DNA of 61,055 nucleotides, counting the filler. It is 5 parts of 5 records of this genome, joined end to end, with 100 filler letters (N's around TTAATTAATTAA, not from the genome) between each part and the next. Parts side by side here need not be neighbours in the genome. Positions count along the whole stretch, not along the records: positions 1 to 20,163 come from SRR31156797_8142; positions 20,264 to 38,504 come from SRR31156797_8150; 3 more parts are not named here. One strand, 5' to 3'. The notes under the pieces were generated by a model. The model was given only the letters and a program-made list of their open reading frames with translations. It had not been told where the DNA came from and did no database searches. Shown here one piece after another: positions 11,501-21,686 of the stretch (position 1 is the stretch's first letter; the number at the start of each line of letters is the position of its first letter). The position numbers and the translations under genes are program-made.

Positions 11501-11530
11501 TACAATTCTTTTAGGATGGGATAAAAACAA

Positions 11531-11565
11531 AAAACCTCGCAAAACAAAATGCCTTGCGAGGTTTT
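11531..11565. terminator. Bidirectional terminator between convergent genes
   Basis: aaaacctcgcaa...ttgcgaggtttt. Confidence 0.75.
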
Positions 11566-11586
11566 ATATAGTGGGGTAAAGAATGT

Positions 11587-11964
11587 TTACTGTTGTTCTT
11601 TGGTCTTTTTGCTCATGATTACATAGTACAGTAAAAAACCTATTGATGTGAATACAAAAAAGATTCCGTAAGGCATAGCACTATCATATTCTTTAAACAT
11701 TGGATTGTACGAAGACAAGACCTCCATTAGAATAAAACCAAGACCTCCGAAGAATGCTACCAATCCCCACTTTAATGCAGGATACTGATCGTATTGTACT
11801 TGTTTCTTTACTTCCACTTCAGTGTTTTGATCTAAGATTTCTGCACGTTCGAAATGACCCGTTTTAATAATTTTTCTCTTTAAAAAGTGTGAAGACAAGA
11901 TTTTCACAAATGTGATGATAGCGAAGAACACCACTGCAGCCATTAATAATTCACCAATATTCAT
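11587..11964 (-). CDS. Membrane protein, DUF6249-like (ECF-associated)
   Basis: 3 TM segments, 'ALKWGLV'; divergent from the ECF sigma gene. Confidence 0.7.
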   Translation of the reverse strand: MNIGELLMAAVVFFAIITFVKILSSHFLKRKIIKTGHFERAEILDQNTEVEVKKQVQYDQYPALKWGLVAFFGGLGFILMEVLSSYNPMFKEYDSAMPYGIFFVFTSIGFLLYYVIMSKKTKEQQ

Positions 11965-12001
11965 ATTATAATTTTTAAGTTTCTGAATGTGTTTTGCTCA
12001 T

Positions 12002-12030
12002 TAGACCAGAGTGGGTTTTAAAATGTTGCA
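12002..12030 (-). promoter_or_regulatory. ECF sigma promoter TGCAAC-N18-GTCTA
   Basis: Minus strand tgcaac attttaaaacccactctg gtcta upstream of 11964; same motif and spacing as 12541-12569. Confidence 0.75.
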
Positions 12031-12127
12031 GGTTCTTGTATTTTTTTTTCGACCGCTTGATTTGGGATTCTGATTTAAAGTCGAATTCTCAATATAAAAA
12101 CTCATACTCTAACTTCTTCTCTTAAAT

Positions 12128-12304
12128 ACATGTCAAGCATCCTTAAGATGCTTGGCATGTTCACATTTTCGAAAGCTCATCCTTTTGCCTTAAGGAAAAA
12201 AACACTTTAAGTCGGAAAGCGAAATCTCAAAAATACTTCATCCCCTAACCCCTTCTACTAAATTTTATATTACATGTCAAGCATCTTAAAGATGCTAGAC
12301 ATGT
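12128..12304. repeat. Two REP-like 33-bp palindromes in a ~145-bp degenerate direct repeat
   Basis: acatgtcaagcatc-N5-gatgcttggcatgt (12128-12160) and acatgtcaagcatc-N5-gatgctagacatgt (12272-12304); aagtcgg..cgaaa repeated at ~12209 and ~12356. Confidence 0.75.
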
Positions 12305-12428
12305 TGCGCTCTGTGCTTATTCAAATTTAAAAGTATAATTCGGAGCACGAACTTAAAGTCGGAGCACGAAAAAACATGTGCCATTCAAAAAATACTATAA
12401 CTTTAGAAATGCCTAGATAAAAGGAAAT

Positions 12429-12510
12429 TGCATTAGGGATAGCAACGGAAACCCCGCAGCTTTTTGCGAGGAGTTGAAGTGAATAGCCCGACCCAAAGGG
12501 GAATGCCCAA
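12429..12510 (+). ncRNA. Structured Bacteroidetes intergenic element, possibly Flavo-1-like
   Basis: agggatagcaacggaaacccc...gaatagcccgacccaaaggggaatgccc with internal stems; resemblance recalled from memory, not searched. Confidence 0.4.
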
Positions 12511-12540
12511 ATAAAAATATTCAGAATTAATTGAATTTAT

Positions 12541-12569
12541 TGCAACCTATTTAATCCAATGCTTGTCTA
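12541..12569 (+). promoter_or_regulatory. ECF sigma autoregulatory promoter TGCAAC-N18-GTCTA
   Basis: tgcaac ctatttaatccaatgctt gtcta ending 12 nt before the sigma ATG. Confidence 0.75.
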
Positions 12570-12581
12570 CTCGAACAGAAG

Positions 12582-13139
12582 ATGAAGGAAACTGAGCTGA
12601 TACATCAAATTTGTAATGGCAATCCTCAAGCCTTTCGGTTTTTGGTGAAGCAGTACGAGCGCCTGGTATTTCACGTGGCTGCACGACTGTTGAACCAACA
12701 AGAAGATTTGGAGGATGTGTGTCAAGAGGTATTCGTAAAAGTACATCAGAAATTACCTGAATTTCGGGGTGATTCGAAACTATCGACATGGATAGCAACT
12801 ATTGCCTACAGGGTTTCGGTGAATCATTTGAAGAAAAGAAAATCGGGAATTGATATAGATGATGGTGAGCGTGAATTTTTGCATGAGGACATGATGACGG
12901 ATGAGCATCCGCATAAAATTGCCGAGAAGCAGGAATTGAAAGTTTATGTACGCAAAATGGTTGACAGATTGCCAGAGCAATACAAAACCGTATTGAGTTT
13001 GTATCATTTGGAAGAGATGGGCTATAAAGAGATAGTTGAAATTACTGGTTTACCTGAGGGAACAGTAAAAAATTATATTTTTAGAGCACGTAAAATGTTG
13101 AAAGAATTAATTGGTAATAGCGAATTGATTAAGCATTAA
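12582..13139 (+). CDS. ECF RNA polymerase sigma factor
   Basis: 'EDVCQEVFVK..FRGDSKLSTWI', region 4 'YKEIVEITGLPEGTVKNYIFRAR'. Confidence 0.95.
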   Translation: MKETELIHQICNGNPQAFRFLVKQYERLVFHVAARLLNQQEDLEDVCQEVFVKVHQKLPEFRGDSKLSTWIATIAYRVSVNHLKKRKSGIDIDDGEREFLHEDMMTDEHPHKIAEKQELKVYVRKMVDRLPEQYKTVLSLYHLEEMGYKEIVEITGLPEGTVKNYIFRARKMLKELIGNSELIKH

Positions 13140-13150
13140 AAAAGACGAGT

Positions 13151-13540
13151 ATGCATAGTAATCAAGGAGAATACAGAAAGGAAGAGTTCAATAAGGATGA
13201 ATTGAATTTGATAGACAGCATGATTAAGGAAAGTCTGGAAGAGGATTTTGAGATCGATATTCCGATGGATTTTGCTGATAAAGTGACCGAAGTGGTAGAA
13301 AAACGCAAATCGATACGAGAAGCTTTGCTCAAACACTCGATGATGTGTCTTGGATTGTTTGTGATTTTTACCTTTGTTGTTGCTTTTCTATTTTACTACA
13401 GAACTAACGAGGCTAATGTGTTGCTCGATTTTGTAATAAAATTTAAATATCCTATTGCTTTTGTATTGCTTACAATAACTGCAATTCAACTGGCTGACAC
13501 TTTTTTACTAAGTAGAACAAAGGATCAACTGGGAGAATAA
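13151..13540 (+). CDS. Putative membrane anti-sigma factor
   Basis: Directly downstream of ECF; 'P.DFADKV' motif followed by two TM helices. Confidence 0.65.
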   Translation: MHSNQGEYRKEEFNKDELNLIDSMIKESLEEDFEIDIPMDFADKVTEVVEKRKSIREALLKHSMMCLGLFVIFTFVVAFLFYYRTNEANVLLDFVIKFKYPIAFVLLTITAIQLADTFLLSRTKDQLGE

Positions 13541-13562
13541 TATTTATAATAGTCTGTTAAAG

Positions 13563-13598
13563 AAAAGAGTCTGCAAATTGATTTTGCAGACTCTTTTT
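13563..13598. terminator. Bidirectional terminator
   Basis: aaaagagtctgcaaa-ttgat-tttgcagactctttt between convergent genes. Confidence 0.8.
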
Positions 13599-13600
13599 GA

Positions 13601-13954
13601 TTATTTATTTACCTGTTCTTTCTCTTTTTTGTCATCCTGCTTTGGAGGACTCACTTCCTTTTTAAAAGGAGCATCGGTTCCTTTAATTCTTTTTCCTTTG
13701 TAATCATTAGGATTAAGGAAAATTCCGGTACGTGTGATGTTGACCAAATCAGAATGGTTGTAAGTTAACACTACCATTTCATTGTTTTTCAAATCGATTA
13801 AAGTCTGACTAACATACGATTCTGTTCCTGATTGTGAAATAAAAAGTGCATGTTCAGGTACATTTACATCGGCCGGAGGCTTTACAACCGTTTGTGTCAT
13901 AACACATCCGTTGAGTACTAATAATGTGACTATCCCAATTAATAATTTGTTCAT
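13601..13954 (-). CDS. Hypothetical lipoprotein
   Basis: Signal peptide with lipobox LNGC. Confidence 0.7.
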   Translation of the reverse strand: MNKLLIGIVTLLVLNGCVMTQTVVKPPADVNVPEHALFISQSGTESYVSQTLIDLKNNEMVVLTYNHSDLVNITRTGIFLNPNDYKGKRIKGTDAPFKKEVSPPKQDDKKEKEQVNK

Positions 13955-13968
13955 AGCTATCTAGATTT

Positions 13969-16900
13969 TCATTCTACTTCATAAGTTGGAATTCTTCCAG
14001 GAGTCCAAGGCGCACCTTGCTTCTCCAATTCAGTTTCAACCCACTTCATATCATTTGCCAATTGATGCAACTTCTTTAAAGCTGCAGGAAATTCTTCCTT
14101 CAAAATTTCAAACTGTTCTTTCTGAGTTTGCGTAACACCTGAAGTACTTGCCCAATGCGTTCCTACAATGGTATTGATTCGTTTGGATATAGGAATTTGT
14201 GCAGGTGGTACCTCTTCCCAACTCGCTCTGGCTTCTACTCCGTTAAATAAGAAATCAATTGCATTAATATCCTCGAACAACTGCTCTGCTTTTGCCGAAA
14301 CACTTTTATCGATTCCAGGAGTATTTATTAACGCAGTTCTTATTGCTGCCAATTTTGCTTTAAATGATTCAGTTAACTGCCTGCTTCCCTGAATGGCTTT
14401 CGACATTCGAGCTACCTTTTGCTGAAAGGCAACCAATTCGCTTCTATTCTTAGCTGGAAGTGTTGTATTATTTAAGGTTACTGCATTAAATTTAACGGGA
14501 TCAACCAATTTCTTGTATTCTCCTTTTGTAACAATACCCATTTCTACCTGATACTCTCCTGGCATTACAAACATTCCTGATGAAGCTTTACCTGTTGGCT
14601 TAAACTTAGTATTCTTTACTGGTCGAAGCGATGGAAATTTTAAATCCCAATTTACTCGATTAATTCCCTTTTTAGCTTTCGTATTGATTTTTCGAATCTC
14701 TTCCCCATCATTATCCAAAATGGTGAATACCAGATATGGTGCCACTTCTCTTTTCTCGGCTCCCATTTCTTTCCAACTAGGTTGAGGAATGAATGCTCCA
14801 CTTTCAATCAACTCTTTTTCCTTCTTCTTGCGAACTTGCTTCGCAGTTTTTGGCACTTCATTCAGATAGTAAGTGAAAGTAGCTCCAAACTCAGGGTTTG
14901 GCGCTGTAAAATAGGTATGTCCCATACTTCCCTTTCCACCTTTTTGAATGTACATTAAAGCATCTTTTACTGGAAACAGATGAGCATCTTTTTCAATCAA
15001 ATCCAGATTAACAGATCGTAAAGCTGAATAATTGTCAAGAATAAAAAATCCACGACCGAAACTTGCTGCTACCAAATCGCCTTCTCGTTCCTGAATAGTT
15101 AAATCGCGTACAGCGATAGTAGGAATACCAGCTTTTAACTGCACCCAATTTTTACCATTATTCTTTGTAAAAAAGATTCCAAACTCAGTGCCTACAAATA
15201 GTAAGGATGGATCGATATGATCTTGCTCAATGGTATGAACTGTTCCGTTCTTAGGTAGGTTTCCTGCAATATTTGTCCAGGTATTTCCTTTATCGGTACT
15301 CTTTAAAATATAAGGCTTAAAATCGTCACGTTTACGATTATCGAATGATGCAAATACAACATTCTCATTGTGCTTTGATGGCATTAAATCGCTCACGTAA
15401 GTGTATTGAGGGATGCCAGGGAAAGATCCAAACTTCTTCCATGTTTTTCCAGCTTCCTGACTCACCTGAATCAATCCATCATCGGTTCCCACATACAATA
15501 CATTCTCGTTTAATGGAGATTCTGCCATCGAAACAATTGTTCCAAATTGAGAAGTAGATACGTGCTTTTTCACTGCATCAGCACTCCAATATTTTCCCAT
15601 TACTTTAAATGAATCGCGATCTTTTCCTGTAGTTAAATCCTCACTAATAACTTCCCACGAATTTCCACGATCATTGCTGCGGAAGACCTTATTTGCTGCA
15701 ACATATAAGCGAGTATTTTTATGAGCCGACAATATCATTGGCGCATTCCAGTTCCACTTGTAAGCTTCCTCTCCTTTTCTCTCCCTTGGCTTAATATTAA
15801 TCTTCTCACCACTTTTTTTATCGTAACGGTAAGAGTTTCCGTACTGATACTCGCAGTAGACAATATTAGGATTTTCAGGATCAATTTGTGCCCAAAATCC
15901 ATCACCACCTAAAATAGGATCCCACTCAGCATTGGTAACACCTTTACGGCTTATATTTCTTGATGGTCCACCTAATGTATTGTTATCCTGAGTACCACCA
16001 TATACATTATAGAATGGCAATGCGTTATCAACCTGAACACGATAAAATTGAGTTACCGATAGGTTTGATTTGAAAACATAGGTTGTGCCAGCATCAAAAC
16101 TTTCGTAGATACCACCGTCCCCACCAATCATAAAGTGCTTGGTATCGCAAGGATCAATCCAAATGGCATGATCGTCGACATGACGATTTTTAAGTCCTAA
16201 ACGTTTCCAGGTTTTTCCACCATCTTCGGTTACATGCGAAAAGGTTTCTACAGAGTACACCTTGTCAACATCAATAGGATCACAATAAATTTCATTGTAA
16301 TACTGTCCGCTACTTGCATGATCACTCATTTTACTCCAAGACTCACCTCGATCGGTTGATCTGAAAAAGCCGCTTTTTCCTTCTGCTGCTTCTATAATTA
16401 CATAAACATAGTTGTGATTTACCGGAGAAACAGCTATTCCCATTCCGCCTTTATCTACCGAAGGTAAACCTGATTTCAGCTTTCTCCAATTCTCTCCTCC
16501 ATCTGTCGATTTATAGATGGCAGACTCTGGTCCTCCATTAATTTTAGCGTGAACATGACGTCTTCTCTGTTCCGAAGTCGCATACATGATATTCGGATCT
16601 ACAGGATCGATAATTACATTATTTACGCCTGTATTCTCACTAATATTCAAAACCTTTTTCCAGTTCTCTCCTCCATCTGTAGTTTTATACAAACCACGCT
16701 CTCCTCCAGGTCCCCAAGCAGAACCTTCAGCAGCTACAAATACAATATTCGAATTTCTCGGATCGATTACAATTCCTCCAATATGACGAGATTCTTTCAA
16801 ACCCATATTCTTCCAGCTTTTACCGCCATCCATAGTTTTATAAACTCCATCGCCATATCCCAAGGCACGCTGATGATTGTTCTCTCCTGTTCCTGTCCAA

Positions 16901-17262
16901 ACAACATTGCTGTTATTCGGATCCATGGTAACCACACCAATTGAGTACGATCCATACTTATCGAAAACCGGTTTCCAGGTTGTTCCATTGTTTGTGGTTT
17001 TAAAAATATTACCACTGGAAACTGCAACATAGTATTCGCTATGATTTTTTGGATTTACAGCAAAATCAGAAATTCGCCCCGAGGTTGTTGCAGGTCCAAT
17101 TCCACGGAATTTTAAACCACTAACAAGACTTGAATTGATTAGGGAATCTTTCGTAATTTCTTTGTTTTTTTTCTTTGCTAAAACAGTTTGGGAAGGAAGC
17201 AATAATCCTACAAGCGTAAGAATTGCAAACCCCTGTTTCAAGCGATTAGTAAAGGTATTCAT
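13969..17262 (-). CDS. VPS10/BNR (Asp-box) repeat glycosyl-hydrolase-like secreted protein
   Basis: Signal peptide; many 'KS/TTDGGxxW' Asp-box repeats; 1097 aa. Confidence 0.85.
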   Translation of the reverse strand: MNTFTNRLKQGFAILTLVGLLLPSQTVLAKKKNKEITKDSLINSSLVSGLKFRGIGPATTSGRISDFAVNPKNHSEYYVAVSSGNIFKTTNNGTTWKPVFDKYGSYSIGVVTMDPNNSNVVWTGTGENNHQRALGYGDGVYKTMDGGKSWKNMGLKESRHIGGIVIDPRNSNIVFVAAEGSAWGPGGERGLYKTTDGGENWKKVLNISENTGVNNVIIDPVDPNIMYATSEQRRRHVHAKINGGPESAIYKSTDGGENWRKLKSGLPSVDKGGMGIAVSPVNHNYVYVIIEAAEGKSGFFRSTDRGESWSKMSDHASSGQYYNEIYCDPIDVDKVYSVETFSHVTEDGGKTWKRLGLKNRHVDDHAIWIDPCDTKHFMIGGDGGIYESFDAGTTYVFKSNLSVTQFYRVQVDNALPFYNVYGGTQDNNTLGGPSRNISRKGVTNAEWDPILGGDGFWAQIDPENPNIVYCEYQYGNSYRYDKKSGEKINIKPRERKGEEAYKWNWNAPMILSAHKNTRLYVAANKVFRSNDRGNSWEVISEDLTTGKDRDSFKVMGKYWSADAVKKHVSTSQFGTIVSMAESPLNENVLYVGTDDGLIQVSQEAGKTWKKFGSFPGIPQYTYVSDLMPSKHNENVVFASFDNRKRDDFKPYILKSTDKGNTWTNIAGNLPKNGTVHTIEQDHIDPSLLFVGTEFGIFFTKNNGKNWVQLKAGIPTIAVRDLTIQEREGDLVAASFGRGFFILDNYSALRSVNLDLIEKDAHLFPVKDALMYIQKGGKGSMGHTYFTAPNPEFGATFTYYLNEVPKTAKQVRKKKEKELIESGAFIPQPSWKEMGAEKREVAPYLVFTILDNDGEEIRKINTKAKKGINRVNWDLKFPSLRPVKNTKFKPTGKASSGMFVMPGEYQVEMGIVTKGEYKKLVDPVKFNAVTLNNTTLPAKNRSELVAFQQKVARMSKAIQGSRQLTESFKAKLAAIRTALINTPGIDKSVSAKAEQLFEDINAIDFLFNGVEARASWEEVPPAQIPISKRINTIVGTHWASTSGVTQTQKEQFEILKEEFPAALKKLHQLANDMKWVETELEKQGAPWTPGRIPTYEVE

Positions 17263-17510
17263 AAGGTTGATTTTAAGATGAGTTAACAGGTCACAAAAAA
17301 TGTTTCCGTATCTTATTTATGTGTATGTTCTTATACCTGATGAAATTACAAGATTCTTGTTTAATTTCCTAGCTAATAAGTATGTTATTGTTATACATAC
17401 TTTAGCTTGAATTCCTAATTGTTATTGGACAAAAAAATCCGATTCAAATGAACCGGATTAATCAATTATTCTTAATAGTAACCCGACTAAAATCGGGATA
17501 CGAATTTAAT

Positions 17511-18446
17511 TTATCTTTTCTTACGACGAAGCCAAATTCTCTCTCCTACTTCAACTTCATAGTTCTTTTTCACACCATTGTATTTGCATAGTTTCTTCAA
17601 CTTCACACCATACTGCTGAGCAATATTATACAAGGTTTCTCCATCTTTTACTCTATGGAAATTGTATCCACGAGCAGCTTTAGATCTCTTATTGTGTAAA
17701 TACAACCTCTGATCGATTTGAAGAATATAGTTTCTTGGCAAATCGTTATAACGAAGCAATTTCTTTCTTTCTACACCCAAATTCTTCTCAATACTATAGA
17801 ATGTATCTCCTTTTTTAGTCACTATATAATGAATTCCATTTGCCATTTCCAGGCGAGCTCCGAACGGATCGATACTCAAATCTCCATCAATATCTGCCAA
17901 TTCGGTTGCATCTGGTAAATCAACAAAGAAATCTTTTCCAGCTCCTTTTTTGTCTAACTTATACAAATGCTCAGCTTCAATTATACTTATTAGTTTCTGC
18001 GGATATCTTGGATCCGTAGCATAGCCAGCTTTTTTTAAGCCATGTGCCCAACGCTTGTAATCATCCGATCTATATTTAAACAGAAAGGCATAACGCGAAC
18101 GAGTGGTTAAAAATTTAGAATGATCTTTATACGAATCGTAAGCTTTAGCATACTTTCTAAAACACTCTCCTTTTTTATCATCATCGAACTTCATACTCGG
18201 ACCTACCCAATCATGGCACTTAATTCCAAAGTGGTTATTCGCCTTACGTGCCAAATCAGAATTTCCATTTCTTGATTCTAATATTCCCTGAGCCATTGTA
18301 ATACTGGCAGGAATTCCCGTTCTTTCCATTTCGCGAACTGCCAAATCCTTATACTTATGAATGTACTCTTTTCGGGTATAGTTTTTAGCAGATACAGCCG
18401 TTATAACTGATATCAATAATATAGTGCTGAGAATTATCTTCTTCAT
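17511..18446 (-). CDS. GH73 glucosaminidase with LysM domains
   Basis: 'PASITMAQGILES', 'NNHFGIKC', 'GYATDP.Y', two LysM; start MKKIIL chosen because a TAAATTTG promoter element lies at ~18486-18493 (-). Confidence 0.9.
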   Translation of the reverse strand: MKKIILSTILLISVITAVSAKNYTRKEYIHKYKDLAVREMERTGIPASITMAQGILESRNGNSDLARKANNHFGIKCHDWVGPSMKFDDDKKGECFRKYAKAYDSYKDHSKFLTTRSRYAFLFKYRSDDYKRWAHGLKKAGYATDPRYPQKLISIIEAEHLYKLDKKGAGKDFFVDLPDATELADIDGDLSIDPFGARLEMANGIHYIVTKKGDTFYSIEKNLGVERKKLLRYNDLPRNYILQIDQRLYLHNKRSKAARGYNFHRVKDGETLYNIAQQYGVKLKKLCKYNGVKKNYEVEVGERIWLRRKKR

Positions 18447-18714
18447 AAGTTGGTAAAGTGAATCGTGTGTATAATGGGAAATCCGCAAATTTATGTATAT
18501 ATTAGCCGCGATTTCCTAAGCAACCATAAAAATATAACATTCCTGTTATTGATTGTTATTTCTTAACAATTTTTTATTCACAGAATATTCCGTTGATAAG
18601 CTAACGATGATATTTAAATAAATATTATCTAAACTATTGTATATTTATATGGAGTAATTAGTAGTTTGCTTTAAAAGCCTTAACCACTAGATACCCTGCA
18701 CTAAATACTTAAGC

Positions 18715-19200
18715 ATGAAAAAAACTCAAATCATAACAACAGTATTTGAATACGATTCGATTGACGAACTTTCGAAGGAAGATCAAGTGTTGGTAAAAAA
18801 TGCAAAAGAAGCAGCGCATCGTTCCTATGCACCTTACTCAAAATTTAATGTCGGTGCCGCTCTGCAATTGACAAATGGTGAAATTGTACAAGGAAACAAT
18901 CAGGAAAATTCAGCTTACCCTTCTGGTTTATGCGCCGAAAGAGTAGCCATTTTTTATGCCAATGCAAAATTTCCTGATGTTGCGGTTAAGGCAATTGCAA
19001 TAACATCGAGAACCAATGGTAGTTTTCTGGATACTCCGGTCCCTCCTTGTGGATCGTGCCGACAAGTTTTACTTGAAACCGAGGATAGATACAATCAGCC
19101 AATAAAAGTGATTCTTTGCGGCGAAAAGAAAATTCGAATTGTAGAAAACATTAAAGAACTACTACCCTTATATTTTGAAAAGGGAATGTTAAACGAATAA
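18715..19200 (+). CDS. cdd: Cytidine deaminase
   Basis: 'APYSKF.VGA', 'CAERVA', 'PCGSCRQ'. Confidence 0.95.
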   Translation: MKKTQIITTVFEYDSIDELSKEDQVLVKNAKEAAHRSYAPYSKFNVGAALQLTNGEIVQGNNQENSAYPSGLCAERVAIFYANAKFPDVAVKAIAITSRTNGSFLDTPVPPCGSCRQVLLETEDRYNQPIKVILCGEKKIRIVENIKELLPLYFEKGMLNE

Positions 19201-19228
19201 AAAAAGGATGCCCATTGGCATCCTTTTT
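19200..19228. terminator. Bidirectional terminator
   Basis: aaaaaggatgcc-catt-ggcatccttttt between cdd and the RluA-family gene. Confidence 0.8.
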
Positions 19229-19234
19229 CTATAT

Positions 19235-19939
19235 CTATGCAATAACCATAGTTTCCAATTCTCTCCACAAATTGTCTTTTTGTGGTACTGGAGCGGTTAT
19301 TTTTATTGGCTCTTGCTTTACAGGGTGTATAAATGAAATTTCACGAGCGTGTAATCCAATTCCACCACCTGTTTTAGAACGTGGAGCTCCGTATTTTAAA
19401 TCACCGCGAATAGGCATTCCAACTCTGGAAAGCTGAGCTCTAATTTGGTGATGACGACCCGTATGCAATTTAACCTCAAGCAAGAAATACTTCTGCGAGC
19501 GTGTTAATAACTTGTAGTCTAATGTAGCTTCTTTTGCACCTTTCTTCTGCTTATCGAAAACATTAGTACGATTTTTCTCCTGATTCTTTAACAAGTAATG
19601 AGTTAAAGTTTCTTCTTCAATCCTAGGACAATTTTGGACAATCGCCCAATAGATTTTATTCATAGACTCGCCCTTCTGCTGAAACATATCATTAAGGCGA
19701 GTTAATGCCTTACTTGTTTTAGCAAACAAAACAACTCCACTAACAGGTCTGTCGATTCTGTGAGGAACACCTAAATAAACATCACCTGGTTTATTGTATT
19801 TTTTCTTGATATAGGCTTTCACCCTTTCGCTTAAAGGCTCATCTCCCGATTTATCTCCCTGTACAATATCACCACATCGCTTGTTTATTGCAATCAAATG
19901 ATTGTCTTCGTATAATATTTCTAATTTTTCTCTTGCCAT
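19235..19939 (-). CDS. RluA-family RNA pseudouridine synthase
   Basis: 'HRIDRPVSG', 'TGRHHQIR', 'GDLKYG', 'LHA'. Confidence 0.93.
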   Translation of the reverse strand: MAREKLEILYEDNHLIAINKRCGDIVQGDKSGDEPLSERVKAYIKKKYNKPGDVYLGVPHRIDRPVSGVVLFAKTSKALTRLNDMFQQKGESMNKIYWAIVQNCPRIEEETLTHYLLKNQEKNRTNVFDKQKKGAKEATLDYKLLTRSQKYFLLEVKLHTGRHHQIRAQLSRVGMPIRGDLKYGAPRSKTGGGIGLHAREISFIHPVKQEPIKITAPVPQKDNLWRELETMVIA

Positions 19940-20006
19940 CTTCTATTTTGTCATTAGTAACCAGTCAATGGTTGACTTGTCAACTTTAAACTTATTACTT
20001 TGAACT

Positions 20007-20162
20007 TTAATATTGTTCTCTTTCGTTAGGGAAATCCTTCGATTTCACATCTCCTATATATGTTTCTACTGCTCCTTTGATCTCAGCAAACAAATTGTGA
20101 TATCTTCTTAAAAATCGTGGAGAAAATTCCTGAGTAATTCCTAACATATCATGAATTACCAA
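20007..20162 (-). CDS. panB: 3-methyl-2-oxobutanoate hydroxymethyltransferase, C-terminal fragment (contig edge)
   Basis: Manual translation LVIHDMLGITQEFSPRFLRRY...DVKSKDFPNEREQY*. Confidence 0.88.
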   Translation of the reverse strand: MVIHDMLGITQEFSPRFLRRYHNLFAEIKGAVETYIGDVKSKDFPNEREQY

Positions 20163-20163
20163 A

Positions 20164-20263
20164 NNNNNNNNNNNNNNNNNNNNNNNNNNNNNNNNNNNNN
20201 NNNNNNNTTAATTAATTAANNNNNNNNNNNNNNNNNNNNNNNNNNNNNNNNNNNNNNNNNNNN
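20164..20263. other. Artificial contig spacer
   Basis: N-run + TTAATTAATTAA (stops in six frames) + N-run; identical spacers at 38505-38604, 49232-49331, 55568-55667. Confidence 0.98.
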
Positions 20264-21043
20264 AAAGAAGCAATCACCAACGCCAGTTGGTTCATAACTG
20301 CACAAACGGCTGTGCAAAACGCTGTCGGCTTCCTCGGAAACATCTTCACCAATGCAAAGAATGCGGTGAAGGATTACGTGGATGACGTGATTGTTGGAAT
20401 GCAAAGCGCTCCTTGGATGGTTACTTTCCGGGAAACCGTAAATAAGATCACCAGTTTCTTTGGTGACATATTCGCAAAGATCTCTGGATTTGTTAACGAC
20501 ATGACCGGGGCGGCGGAAGCATTGGTTTCCGACCTGATGGTAAACGGTAAGTTCGAGTTCGAATCCCTAGCCCTCAATGACGATGAGAAGGTGGCTCTGG
20601 ACTCGTACATCCAAACGAACTTTGACGGCTCCCGTAAAGACTTCCTCGACTCCTACAAGGCTTCAGGCCTTGATGGTGTGTTCAAAGGATTCGGAGCCCT
20701 TATGGATAAGAGTGGGGAAATCAATGCTGGGAAAGCCAAGAAGCTGGAAGAGCACCGGGTTGAAGATGCAATCATCACCAAAGATGGAAAGATTATCCAT
20801 ACCAATCAGGATGACAATCTCATCGCCACGAAGAACGAGCCTCGATTCCTTCAGAACGAAATGAGCCCCTCCCCCACTGTCCCCGGCTCCGGAGATCAGG
20901 GTGCGGCCCAAGAGATGATCAAGCAACTCCGTGAAATTGTCACAGTTCTGAAAGACAAGGAATTCCAGAACATCGCAGTAGGAGGGGGGAACAACACCTC
21001 CTCAAGAGACTCCATTCTCGCCGCACAACTTAATAGAGGTTAA
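20264..21043 (+). CDS. Probable tail tape measure protein, C-terminal part (5' truncated)
   Basis: Frame open from the contig edge; amphipathic helical repeats then 'DAIITKDG.II....DDNLIATKN'; upstream of baseplate genes. Confidence 0.6.
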   Translation, partial: KEAITNASWFITAQTAVQNAVGFLGNIFTNAKNAVKDYVDDVIVGMQSAPWMVTFRETVNKITSFFGDIFAKISGFVNDMTGAAEALVSDLMVNGKFEFESLALNDDEKVALDSYIQTNFDGSRKDFLDSYKASGLDGVFKGFGALMDKSGEINAGKAKKLEEHRVEDAIITKDGKIIHTNQDDNLIATKNEPRFLQNEMSPSPTVPGSGDQGAAQEMIKQLREIVTVLKDKEFQNIAVGGGNNTSSRDSILAAQLNRG

Positions 21044-21045
21044 TT

Positions 21046-21678
21046 ATGCCAGCATTTAACGCCCCACGTGGGTCAGAACTGAAATTCACTGTGAATACGG
21101 ACCCGGTTCCTGAGCTCGAAAACATCTCTCTTCAAATCCAAGAAGATCTTGCGCTCAACTTCTCTTCGGAGTTCTCTCCTATCTTCACCAAAGATGTTTC
21201 AAATGCCGAGAAGATTGCGTCCGACCTTTTTGCCAAAGGTACCGGGATGTCTCTCTCCACAACATATAAAGAGTTTGGATTCCAGACATGGAGGTCAACC
21301 AGCCCGGCCAGTTTCGAAGTAACCATTACTCTGGCAATGAGGACCAGTGGTAAGAAGGATGTGGTGGACCCTGCAAAAGCCCTGATCAACTTGGTTCTTC
21401 CGGACGACACCGATGAAAACAATATCGGCGGCATTTCCCTGCCGGGCCCTAACATCCTTAACGTCCTGCACGTGTCAGAAACGGTAGACTCCTCAAATAT
21501 GATCATTGGATGTGAATTAGGGTGGATGAAGTTCCCCTCTGTTGTGGTCAAGAAAGCAACACCTGTCTTTTCAAGACATCTGGACTCTGAGGGTTATCCG
21601 ATTTGGTGCACCATTTCTCTTCAAATTGAGACTATATATACAGCAACCCGGCAGATGATTGCTGATGCATTCGGTTAG
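21046..21678 (+). CDS. Putative tail tube initiator/baseplate protein
   Basis: Beta-rich; 'GYPIWCTISLQIET' ending resembles tube-fold baseplate proteins; position after tape measure. Confidence 0.5.
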   Translation: MPAFNAPRGSELKFTVNTDPVPELENISLQIQEDLALNFSSEFSPIFTKDVSNAEKIASDLFAKGTGMSLSTTYKEFGFQTWRSTSPASFEVTITLAMRTSGKKDVVDPAKALINLVLPDDTDENNIGGISLPGPNILNVLHVSETVDSSNMIIGCELGWMKFPSVVVKKATPVFSRHLDSEGYPIWCTISLQIETIYTATRQMIADAFG

Positions 21679-21686
21679 GAGGCATA

